From Epithemia pelagica (Eukaryota; Protista; Bacillariophyta), in contig OX337240.1 of the NCBI GenBank assembly GCA_946965045.2, positions 62,001-126,000 on the forward strand: a DNA stretch of 64,000 nucleotides. The letters run 5' to 3'. Made by a program: the position numbers and the translations under genes. Below, one piece after another: positions 22,358 to 33,392 of this stretch. How positions within the stretch are numbered: the stretch's first letter is position 1; each line of letters starts with the position of its first letter. The notes beneath the pieces are model-generated. The model ran no database searches and was not told the DNA's origin. It saw only the letters and a list, made by a program, of their open reading frames with translations.

Positions 22358-24718
22358 CTAACAACGCAGCATCCAAATTGGATGTGTAATGATGAACCAT
22401 AGTCCAACAACAAGTGCATGAAAGACGCGGTATACGCAACGGGTCAGAAAGGACACAAGGCTCCAGAACCAGACAGGAAGGTGCACAGTAGAGTACCACA
22501 ACAGAGGGATCCTGGTGAAGCATTCCAAACAAATAAGTACGGCAATCGTACAAAGAAGACGTAGCAAGACTTGGGTTGTCCTTTTCCTGTCCTCCTGTTT
22601 TATCATACGTAGTCTTTTTTCATGCTGCTCTTGCCACCTTTGATGCAGTTGCATTCGTTCCCGCCACTGCTGTCGTTCCATTTGGCGTCTCCGTTCCTCT
22701 TCTTGTCGTTTGAGTTCTGCTTCCTGTCGTTCCATTAGACGTCTCTATTCCTCTTCTTGTCGTTTGCATTCTGCTTCCTGCCGTTCCATTTGACGTCTCT
22801 ATTCCTCTTCTTGTTTCTTCACTTCCTCGTCTTGCTGAATTTGTCGTCGCGTTTTTGCTTCGTATACCCCAATTCCAAAGGACACGAGAGGCCTACTCAC
22901 AATTTGGGCAACGGTCTGCACATGGGTTGCCGAAGTGTACGAGTCCTTGTGTTTGGTAACCAATGGTTTGAATTCAAACTGCCCCAGAAATCCATGGTTG
23001 TAAATGCGGTGCAAATGCTCGAGTGCATGACAACCGGCATCAAAAATTGCTTCAATGCCTTGGTGTGTATGCATGGTCGAGACAAGGTCTTCGACACACT
23101 TGCCCAGCTCCGTGGCAAGGTCGGAAGCGTTTTTTGTGACGTGGTCCTGGTAAGCAATTAGGTAATACTTGTTTCTCGAACTGTCGTACTCCTGTTTGCT
23201 GGTACCATAAGCGCAAGAGGACCAACCATATCGCTGATAGAACCGGTAACCTGGTGGAGATGAGGTTTTATTTTTGTTCCAATCGCTGGTATTGTAATAT
23301 TCATTAGTCGTGTAATCGAGACACTCGGCGTGGGCAACCAAGATTTGAATCGCCTTCATTTGAATGGCAAAGCAAAAGGGATAGGCATGCAAAACTTCAC
23401 AAATGGGGGCCAAGCCATGTGTGGTAAAACAGGGAAGATCTCGACCATCCAAACAGTTGTTGTACTTTGGTTGATAGATCCCCGAGAGACACGCCTGTAC
23501 AACGCGATGGTCATCTTGCAATCCATCCTTCATGACATGTACATAGAACGTATAGTCTTTGAAACCCATGGCTGTCAGTACGAGACATCCGTTGGTGGCC
23601 GTTGGTGCATCCTTCTTGGTTCGAGCTCGATCCACGGCCAGTTTGATGGTTTCAAGAATATCGAGATTGGCGTTGTACTGCGACACAGCTTGTGATCCTG
23701 CTACATTGATAATCTTCAGTAGCAACGCACAAGATGCCGATTGAATGAAACGATTGTCGGGAAACGTTTTTATCGCGTTCACAAGAGAAAATAGACCATT
23801 CGGATAGACATTGGTAGCAAAGTCAGATTGAATTCGTGCACAAAAGATAAGGTCTGTGATTGCCTTCTCTTGGACCTGGAAATTGGTTGGAAAATCGCGT
23901 TGAGATTTGAGAATCGTCGCAAAATCGACGTCGGTGTAGGTCATGACAGTGGCATCATCCAAGTCATCCGCCCAGATTCCGGATCGATGCGAAGGCGCCT
24001 CGTCATCCTCGATGAGACCTGGCATTGGTAAGACAGCCATTGTGGACTGGAACGATTGCTGCTTACCACTCGAGGCCGCAGTTGAAGACGAGGATGTTTG
24101 TTCCGTGTGAATGGTCTCGTTCGCTATGGTTGCTGAAGCCATCGATTCGTCCTCATCGATATCAATCTGGGATGGAATCGAATCATCGCATCGTCTCGAA
24201 GATTCTCTGCTTCTCCTATTCTTTGATCTAGACCAGAGTTTTGCCATCTTTTTCTTCATGGAGGACTTGGTGGTGATTGACATGCCATCGTTATAATTTG
24301 AGTTCCGCGCCTCTTGTTTCCGTTGTTCATGAAGTCGTTGTTGTTCTTGACGTCTTTGTTGTTCTTCCCGTCGCTTTTCTTCGGCGAGTCGCCTCTGCTC
24401 TTCTTCTTCTTTCCTCTGCCGCTCTTCTTCTTTTTCTTTCCTCTGCTGCTCTTCCTTCTTACGCTGACAGAGCATGCATATCCCATTCAACACAATCTGA
24501 ACTCCATCTTCGTCCTTTAGGTTCTTGGGGCGAATTTCCTTGCCCTTGAGGAAGCCCCGTCCCACGACGTCGTAACAATGGTTACTGCAAGTGGGACAAA
24601 ACCCATTCCTCCGTTCCCACTTCTTTACAGTGTATTCATTTGCCTGCGCCTGATGATACGCCAGTTCCACCTTGACACCACATAGCTCAGGCGATAACAC
24701 GGATATCCCAAACACCAT
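22358..24718 (-). CDS. Cys-motif/coiled-coil/ARM-like repeat protein; C-terminal coiled coil and TM segment lie behind two in-frame TAG stops
   Basis: CPTCSNHC...CMLC N-terminus, E/Q/R/K coiled coil, ARM-like repeats (FPDNRFIQSASCALL, IFDAGCHAL). The ORF stops at 22799-22801; the frame continues past a second TAG (22745-22747) to 22358. Confidence 0.7.
22686..22815. repeat. 54-bp coding tandem repeat (~2.4 copies; EEE*/R-RRQMERQEAExKRQ)
   Basis: Units start at 22686, 22740 and 22794. Confidence 0.9.
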
Positions 24719-24967
24719 GATAATAGTAGCGTCGTGAGGATCTTCCCTTGTTTCTTGATTCTGCCAAGCTATCTTCTTATCAGGAACAATAAAATAATAT
24801 GTGATGATAAGGTGGTGATGAGCGAGTGTGTTGTTATACCGCTGAACATTTGAACGCGAGTGAGCATCTGAAATCTGAACGCGAATGAGATAGAAACAAA
24901 AGATACGCTTTCGTTGTGCCTCGTCTGCATAAACGGAACAAGACCCACACATGAGGCACAGAAACCT

Positions 24968-25082
24968 GACTAACAGATGTGCGACCGAGTGAAGAAGAGA
25001 AGGTTCCGAATGCGTGTGGAAGTCGCGTGTGGGTCAATTCATCTGGGACTCATTCCGTCGTGTAAGACGTCTGAATGACATG
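24968..25082. repeat. Non-coding block homologous to 33281-33392
   Basis: Collinear blocks GACTA.CAGATGTGCGACCG, GAGAAG.TTCCGAAT, GGAAGTCGCG, GGGACTCATTC.GTCGTGT and GACGTC.GAA.GACATG occur in both places. Confidence 0.8.
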
Positions 25083-25451
25083 GCTACGACGATCTTTTAC
25101 GTCAAAATCTAAACATACGCTCCGTGGTGATGAAGGGAAGAAGGAATCGACCCAGCAATGTGCAGCGCGTTGCATGTATGTCCTAATACAATGGTGGGAG
25201 TGACCAATGGTGTTCTCTTTCTATCAACACGTGTGAGTCTAGACAATCGTTGCAAGAAGAGGAATCCGCTGCTCTCTCTCTATTACGACTCTAGTTTTGT
25301 ATGACTGGATTCCGTGAGGCAGAATGGTGTTGCGTGTGTCTGTGTCTGTGTGAGCGTCTGTATGCGGTAGATGTGCGTTATGTGCCTCATTGACTGGGCC
25401 CAACAAACAAAGGGAAAGAACCAGGATTCTTCCTTGATTGTTTTTGGATGG

Positions 25452-25524
25452 TTAGTGGATGACATTGTCGACGGAATTGATTACGACACCCCAGAGCAAC
25501 CAGGGAAAGGAGAGGATCCAGTAC
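25452..25524 (-). pseudogene. Orphaned 3' end of the membrane-protein gene split by the copia insertion
   Basis: Removing the element and one TSD copy rejoins GMVW-LYWILSFPWLLWGVVINSVDNVIH* in frame (TAA at 25452-25454). Confidence 0.7.
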
Positions 25525-25530
25525 AACCAT

Positions 25531-25983
25531 TGTTCGAATATTGTACATGCGGGCATATGTAACTGATGGGGACCTTGGGGGACCGCAGACGCAAACCTCA
25601 TGACTCCATTAGGCCCAACGCATCATCGAACCGCCTTTCACAAAACGCAAAAGACGGACGATGGATCCAGGCGACGATGCCTATGTAACGATCGACAATC
25701 CCTATGTAACGATTGTCGTTCTTAAGGACAGGATCCCATGACCATTGTCATAACGGTCCATGGCCCTAAGTGAATCAGAAGATACTTAGAGGCTGCGATA
25801 TCCCACGAACGGTGGCAGGTCCGTCCTTAACACATCTCGTCGCCCAAATTGGTGACACAACGTCTCCACCAACGATTCAACGCATCGATGACAGTAGGGA
25901 ACGAAGACGTAGTACCTAACATCGTAGACACACAATTTTGCAACAAGAGTCCTTTTCTTTACTCGCTAGTAAGGAAAACAACA
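25531..25983 (+). repeat. 5' LTR
   Basis: Identical to 31283-31735 except G25740 vs A31492. Confidence 0.97.
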
Positions 25984-25997
25984 CGCTTCCTCTGCGC
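25982..25997 (+). promoter_or_regulatory. Putative primer-binding site complementary to the D-arm of initiator tRNA-Met
   Basis: CACGCTTCCTCTGCGC; its reverse complement GCGCAGAGGAAGCGTG matches the canonical eukaryotic tRNAiMet segment GCGCAGCGGAAGCGTG (as recalled) at 15/16, and it abuts the 5' LTR. Confidence 0.65.
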
Positions 25998-26025
25998 TTT
26001 AGACAGCACACGTCCATCGTCTGCC

Positions 26026-27267
26026 ATGGCTTTCGCAATCTCTCCCGCTAACGCAAACGCGAACAACATCGTGAACTTCGCAACGGCAGCTGGAGCAAAG
26101 CTCTACAAGCAGGCAACGACTGGACTCTTTGACAGTGGTGATCTCTACGATCTCCACGCGGAAGGGCTGAAGACGTTTCTCGACTCATTCCAAGATCGGA
26201 TCGTCGAACAGTCTTGGACCAGCACCTTTTCCATTCCCGAACACATTGTGGTTCCTCCAGCGGCTGGACCAGCACCGCCACCAGCACCTACGCATCTCTT
26301 GACTCAAGCCTACGGTCGCGTCTCGCTCGCCCAGGTTCGCACCTACGTCGATAGTTTCATCGGACAGAACAGGATCTCTCAGAATTCCTATATGTCCTAC
26401 ATGTGTTTGATGGCGTCGCTCAACGAAGATGCGAAGGCGCAAGTAAATCTACGACGCGAAGACTTTATTATCGACGACGTTGGCAGTGGTCCACTCCTTC
26501 TCAAAGTAATCATTTCCCTCGCGTATGTGGATACCGAGGCGACCGTGATGGTACTTCGCCAGCGCTTGTCCGATCTGCATATTCATATTGCAGACTTCAA
26601 CGGTGACATCATCAAGTTCAACTCCTATGTGAAGGCTACTCTTCAAGGTTTGCATGCCCGCGGTGAACGAACGCTGGACTTACTCCCTAACCTTTTCAAA
26701 GCTTATGAGACTGTGAATGATGAGAACTTCTTGGAGATGATCCGTCGTCGAAAGAACGCATACGAAGAAGGAGATTCTCCGAATCTCTCGGCGACGCAAC
26801 TCATGGATTGGGCCCGTCTCAAATACCAAGGCCTGGTAGAAGCGAAGAAATGGCAGGCTCTGTCCGAACGTGACCAGAAGATTATTGCCCTTGAGGCCAA
26901 AGTCAAGAAGATGGAGAAAGGAAAAACAGCCCCGCTGTCCACGACCAAGGGATCCAAACAGGGCGAGCAAAAGACCAAAGAATCAGCAAAAGAATCGTGG
27001 CTCACCATTGGGCCACATGAGGGAGGCCCAGAAGTAAAAGAAGTTAACGGAAAAATGTACTATTGGTGTAAGTGGCATGAAAAGTGGTCACTCAACAAGA
27101 AACACACTTCCGACACGTGCAACGGACGGGGCTTAACCGGAGAGAAAAAGAAGGCCTATGATCTAGCTCATGCCGAGAAGAACAATGATGGTACAACTCC
27201 TGCCCTTCGCCTCGCGAGTGCTCTAGCTGATCTACCGGCCCAAGAAGAATCTTCTGACGAAGAGTGA
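26026..27267 (+). CDS. gag: Copia Gag
   Basis: ATG at 26026; C-terminal knuckle variant WCKWHEKWSLNKKHTSDTC; ends EESSDEE-TGA. Confidence 0.85.
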   Translation: MAFAISPANANANNIVNFATAAGAKLYKQATTGLFDSGDLYDLHAEGLKTFLDSFQDRIVEQSWTSTFSIPEHIVVPPAAGPAPPPAPTHLLTQAYGRVSLAQVRTYVDSFIGQNRISQNSYMSYMCLMASLNEDAKAQVNLRREDFIIDDVGSGPLLLKVIISLAYVDTEATVMVLRQRLSDLHIHIADFNGDIIKFNSYVKATLQGLHARGERTLDLLPNLFKAYETVNDENFLEMIRRRKNAYEEGDSPNLSATQLMDWARLKYQGLVEAKKWQALSERDQKIIALEAKVKKMEKGKTAPLSTTKGSKQGEQKTKESAKESWLTIGPHEGGPEVKEVNGKMYYWCKWHEKWSLNKKHTSDTCNGRGLTGEKKKAYDLAHAEKNNDGTTPALRLASALADLPAQEESSDEE

Positions 27268-30200
27268 CAACGAGACCCGAGGTCATTCCTCGGGCTGTTC
27301 TACAAGACGGTCGAGCAGCTCATCTATCTATTACTAGTGACAACAATCCTCTACATGTCTGTCCTAGTATATAGTGATGATGATGCTAGGTCGGCTAACC
27401 CTTCCCAAGATGACAAGACGAGTCTGCGGCCTAAGCTATGGTTTCTAACACCAACATGCAATAGCAACAGGATACGACGACAAACAAGGAAACCAAGATG
27501 GAATAGACAAACAATGCGAATGTTATGCATGGCAACAATACTCGCAGCTCCGATAACAGGCAAACCAGCCGCAGCACATCAAGTCAAGTTCGACTCCGAT
27601 AGCCAGCCCGTGTTTGTTGACAACTGTGCAACATCGTCTATCACAAACGATATCAACGACTGCATAACAGCAATCCAGCCCGTAAGAAGAAAGATCAAGG
27701 GCATTGCAGGATTGTTCAAAACGGAAATCTACTCCACGACGATCAAATGGCACTTCGAAGACGACAACGGTGCCATCCATACATTCGTCCTGCCTCGATC
27801 ATTCTACATACCATCGACCTCCAACAGACTTTTCTCTCCCCAACACTAGGCACAAGTAGCCAAAGACCACAAGCCGAATCCAGATGGCACTCGCTGCATC
27901 ACCACAGCTGACAACATCATTCTCGAATGGAACCAACGTGAATACACGAGAACTATCCCACTCAATCAAAGAGGGACGAACGTGGGACAGCTGTACACGG
28001 CAAACGGTATGCTCAAGTTCCATGCTTTCTGCTGCAAAGTACACGCGACACCGGAGGAAGAAGATGAGAATCCACCGATCGTTAGTCATGCGAATCTGAT
28101 CGAGGATGACGAAAGCATCAACGAGAACTCACCAAGCGCCCAGATCGAACAAGATTCCAACGATGTAGAATTTGACATGGATGACGAGCACAACGAACAG
28201 TATTTTCCACAACGGGATCAGCCCATCACCACGGATTTTCTCTTCGAAGATGAAAAAGTGGTACATGTGATTCCCAATGAAGAAGAAGTGCCAATCGAAA
28301 ACCCGACGGTCGAACTCCTACGCGTTCATCATCGACTCGGCCATCTGTCATTTGCTAAGATTCAAGAAATGGCACGACGAGGTGAATTGCCCAAACGACT
28401 CGCTTCATGCGCTGTTCCAGCATGTACAGCCTGTATGTACGGGAAAGCGACGAAGAAACCATGGCGAGTGAAAGGTACAAGGGGTACACTGGATGTTATG
28501 ACTCGTCCAGGCCAATGTGTATCGGTCGACCAACTAATATCGACAACACCAGGATATATTGCCCACTTACGAGGTACTCCAACACGCGATAGATATCGGG
28601 TAGCGACTGTTTTCGTGGACCACTACTCTGGTATAGGATACGTCCACCTACAACGATCGACGTCGGCTGCAGATACCATCGAAGCAAAGGAGCGATTCGA
28701 AGCATGGGCGGACACGCACGGGGTCGCAATCATGCACTATCATGCAGACAACGGCATTTTTGCTGACAACCAATTTCGCAAAGCAGTGAGAGACAAAGGA
28801 CAGCGCTTGACGTTCAGCGGAGTCAACGCGCATTTTCAGAGCGGTATGGCTGAGAGGCGCATAAGGGACCTACAAGATTCAGCACGGACTATGCTACTCC
28901 ATGCACATCGTCGATGGCCCTCTGCTATTACTCCGAACCTCTGGCCCTATGCAGTACGCTATGCATCGGATATCTTCAACTCTGCACCTATGGCGAAACA
29001 TAAGAAAACGACGCCTTTGGAACTCTTCTCTGGTTCCCCAGCACGATTCAACTTACGACATGCGCACACATTCGGATGTCCAAGTTATGTCCTAGACAAT
29101 GCTCTACAATCAGGAAAAGGGATTCCCAAATGGTCCGAACGCTCTCGGGTTGGTATCTTCTTGGGATACTCTGCCCAACATTCAAGAACCGTGGGGCTTA
29201 TTCTCTCATTGTCCTCCGGTTTATCTTCTCCCCAATTCCATGTTCAATATGATGACCGTTTTGAGACTATGCGACGTAGTTTCGGGGAAGCACAACCTGT
29301 TTCCTACTGGCAGCAGAAGGCCGGGTTCCGCAAGGGTAAAACCAGGGGTCAGTCCCAACCAGATCACCACACTACCGACACACGTGACTCACAACTACCC
29401 TCACAAATGAGGGAGGTAGATCACAATTCTACCCTAGAGGAGCCACCTATAGTTCCGTTACCAATCGACAACGAAGAGCTAATCCAGCCGACAAATGAGG
29501 GAGCCTTTGGAGTCCGCAGGTCACAACGACAACCCAAACCAACTATGCGATATCAAGACTATATGGATTCCTTGGGGGACGACCTAGATCCTCTAGGTGA
29601 GCTGGCAGTGACGTTACCTGGGTTGATCTCCATGACCGCACAGGCCCAAGCAAATCCAGACGTCATGTATTGGCACGAAGCCATGCGACAACCAGATCGA
29701 TTGGAATTTATTAAGGCTGCCCAAAAGGAAGTCCAGGATCACACCGCAAACGGTCTCTGGGAAGACAAGATATACCACCGGGTAGCTATGTGACTAGAGC
29801 AGTATGGAGTTGTGTCCGGAAGCGGAAACTGCAGACAGGTGAAATCTATAAATGGAAGTCACGCTTGGCATTTGATGGATCAAGACAGACCAAAGGAGTG
29901 AACTATTGGGAGACTTATGCTCCCGTAGTCCAATGGCCTGTGGTCCGCTATGTCTTAACGACGGCTATTTCGCAAGGATGGGCGATGAAGCAGATAGACT
30001 ATGTCCTCGCCTATACTCAAGCCGTGGCGGAAACTGATATGTACATGGAGGCACCTAGAGGGTTTACATTCGACACGACCGGAAAACAACGAGCCGAAGA
30101 TTTTGTTCTCAAGATTAAACGGAATTACTACGGTCAGAAACAGGCCGCGCGTGTCTGGAATAAACACCTAGTACAGCAATTGGAACAAGTGGGATTCAAA

Positions 30201-31256
30201 CAGAGTGACCATGATGAATGTGTCTTCTACAAAGGACGCAGCCTCTATATCTTGTACACAGATGACTCCATCTTGACAGGGCCTGATCCACAAGAACTCG
30301 ACGACATTATCACTCAGATGCAGGATATTGGGCTTAAGATTACATATGAAGACGGGGTAGAAGATTTTCTTGGGGTCAATATTACAAAACAAGAGACCGG
30401 ACATCTTTACCTCTCCCAAACTCGCCTGATCGACGCTATCCTTGATGATCTGCGATTACCAGCGGACACGAATACTCGCGACGTGCCGGCAGCAACCACA
30501 GTGAAGATGCGCGCCGATGATGATGGGGACCCTTTTGATGGACACTTCAACTATCGCTCGGTCATCGGGAAACTGAATTTCCTCGAGAAAAGTACACGAC
30601 CTGATATATCCTACGCAGTACATCAATGTGCACGCTTTTCCGCGAATCCAAAGCAGGTACACGGACGAGCAGTAAAGCAGATTGGGCGCTACCTCGCTGG
30701 TACACGGTCACGAGGACTAGTGCTCAAACCACAGGACAAAGAAAATTTCGACGTTTATGCCGATGCCGATTTTTGTGGCAACTTCAACAAAACAGATATA
30801 CCACGATCAGACATGGCCCGATCCCGTTCCGGATATGTCATCTTTTATGGAGGTTGTCCCATAGTGTGGGCATCAAAATTACAGTCCGAGATTGCACTGT
30901 CCACAACGGAAGCGGAAATTATCAGCCTCTCTACTTCATTGCGTACAGTCATTCCACTTATGCACATTACGAAAGAGATGAAATCACTCGGCTTCCCTGT
31001 TCTGTCAACACAACCCAGAGTACACTGTCGAGCTTTTGAAGACAATAACGGAGCTTACGAATTGGCTACGGTCTATAAATATCGACCACGCACGCGATAC
31101 CTCTGTACCAAGCTATTTCATTTCAAGTCCTATGTCGAGAAGAAAGAGATTACGATCCTCCCTTGCGATACGGAGTTGCAGACCGCGGATATCTTTACCA
31201 AAGCACTGGATAAAGAGACGTTCGAGCGGCATCGCACGCGTATTATGGGCTGGTAG
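27268..31256 (+). pseudogene. pol: Copia Pol (PR-INT-RT-RNaseH) with a nonsense codon and a frameshift
   Basis: PR FDSDSQPVFVDNCA; INT HHRLGH...CTAC, VSVDQ, YHADNG, GMAE; RT YWETYAPVV, LYTDDSI; RH YADADF, AFEDNNG, QTADIFTK. TAG at 27847-27849 sits in SPQH*AQ (expected W). The frame changes near 29763, between LWE and RQDIPPGSYVTRAVWS. Confidence 0.9.
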
Positions 31257-31282
31257 TCAGATTTTCACGCTGCGTGAGGGAG

Positions 31283-31735
31283 TGTTCGAATATTGTACAT
31301 GCGGGCATATGTAACTGATGGGGACCTTGGGGGACCGCAGACGCAAACCTCATGACTCCATTAGGCCCAACGCATCATCGAACCGCCTTTCACAAAACGC
31401 AAAAGACGGACGATGGATCCAGGCGACGATGCCTATGTAACGATCGACAATCCCTATGTAACGATTGTCGTTCTTAAGGACAGGATCCCATAACCATTGT
31501 CATAACGGTCCATGGCCCTAAGTGAATCAGAAGATACTTAGAGGCTGCGATATCCCACGAACGGTGGCAGGTCCGTCCTTAACACATCTCGTCGCCCAAA
31601 TTGGTGACACAACGTCTCCACCAACGATTCAACGCATCGATGACAGTAGGGAACGAAGACGTAGTACCTAACATCGTAGACACACAATTTTGCAACAAGA
31701 GTCCTTTTCTTTACTCGCTAGTAAGGAAAACAACA
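31283..31735 (+). repeat. 3' LTR
   Basis: Copy of 25531-25983, preceded by the PPT. Confidence 0.97.
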
Positions 31736-32917
31736 AACCATACCATGCCAATAATGCCTTCTTGAGCCCAATTTTCCTTGTTGATAATGGCCAAAAAGGC
31801 TTTGGAAAAGGCACATCGCGAAAAGGGCGTATTGACGTCGGCAAAGCCAAAATTGGTCAAGACGGCCCACATGGGGATAATGGCCAAGGAACCGTACAAG
31901 ACTTGGACGAGCAAACCGGAATTGATGGATTCCAATACACTGGTTGTCAGTCCGGCCGGCTTCAACAAGTAGGCATTGGCATTGACAATGCTGTTCACAA
32001 CCTCGACACCACTTTGGCCAAAGGCTGTCGGCAAGACGTCCCATTGAAACAAGTTGGTGAGAGGACCAACAAAGAGTGGTAGCAAGAGATTGGTCTTGGA
32101 GACAATTTGCAAGAAGAATTCGGGCAACATGATTTGTGTGGGGGCATCCATCAAGAAGCGCAGGGCATATTCAATTTCCCATGTGACGAGTTGCAAAAAG
32201 GGCAGAGTCGTGACGACAATGAGGGTGGTGGCAATAACAGAGCCGTCGTTTGTTGATTTTGCTTGTACAAACCACCCAAGACTCGAAAGGCTCCCAACAA
32301 GCAGTAGCACAATGTCAAGCCAGCTGGAATTACGAGAGCGGCCGATGCCTTGAGAAACAAGTCACTGTCTTGTCCGGGAAAAAGCCATAGGAAGCCAACA
32401 AGTACATGGCCAAACTGGGACTGCCCCACTTGATGTGTTGCAACACCCCCTCCTTGCCACCAGGAATTTCTTCAATGTTTTCCCACTGGGGTGCCACGGG
32501 TTGAAAGCTGGGATCGTAGTCGGGGTCGGTGGGATCCATCTTTTCCAAATCTTGGACAAATTGAGCCGTGAGGGGAAAGCCTCGCAAATAAAAGAGAATG
32601 GGAGCAAACCAGACCCCAAAATCAATGGCACCCGGTGCAGCGGCAGCGGCCACGGCCGAGGCTTGAGAAATCCACGTGGAGGTGGTGGCGGCCGTGGCTG
32701 TCGTCCAGTCGGACATGGCTTCGCCGGTTGTGGACAAGAGCAAGGAGGCTTGAGTCGCAACTTCGTCGAGGGGAAGAGCATTCAACTTGGAGGTGGTGCT
32801 TGAGGTAGGAATCCGAGGTACGGTTGTGACCATAGGAGACACTTGAAAAGCTTGGGTGGAACCCCAAACGAGGGCTGTGGCCAACAGAGCCACCTGGAGT
32901 TTGCAAGACGAATTCAT
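31736..32917 (-). pseudogene. Plastid-targeted multi-pass membrane protein gene, frameshifted and truncated by the copia insertion
   Basis: Signal peptide plus TQA-FQVSP (ASAFAP-type). Hydrophobic coding segments continue across three frames (ORFs 32330-32917, 32151-32429, 31711-32310), and the last ORF ends inside the LTR. Confidence 0.6.
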
Positions 32918-33280
32918 GATGGTATAGCGTACTGGAGTAACTCGGATCAGTCAATTCTGATTTTATGACCTCTCCGATCTCCTTGCAGAACTGCCTGGAT
33001 GGATTGGCCATCGTGACACGCGAACCAAAAGTCGTGATTAGCGGACTCATCCAGAGCAGCCAAGGATGTGGATCCAAGACAGATGGCCCTGCATTCCTGC
33101 ACAGAGAGAGAGAGGAGAACTCCATAGTACACCACGGATTTCTCCCCCTTCTGATATGTCAGAGGGTGTATATAGGGATAGGGAGGCAGAAAGTACTCCA
33201 ATGCAGCGAGTTCCTCTAGGCGCATCAAGATCAAAAGCCATTGGCACTTGGCATACCGAGAAAACGGGGGGCAAAATCGT

Positions 33281-33392
33281 GACTACCAGATGTGCGACCG
33301 CGGGAGGACACGAGAAGCTTCCGAATTGGAAGTCGCGCCTGGGTCATCTCTTATGGGACTCATTCGGTCGTGTTGGACGTCGGAACGACATG
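33281..33392. repeat. Upstream non-coding block homologous to 24968-25082
   Basis: See 24968-25082. Confidence 0.8.

Larger units (their letters stand above)
25531..31735 (+). mobile_element. Complete Ty1/copia LTR retrotransposon (CoDi-type), defective
   Basis: Two 453-bp LTRs (TGTT...AACA) differing at one position, AACCAT on both flanks, gag-PR-INT-RT-RH order, PPT GCGTGAGGGAG at 31272-31282. Confidence 0.97.
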
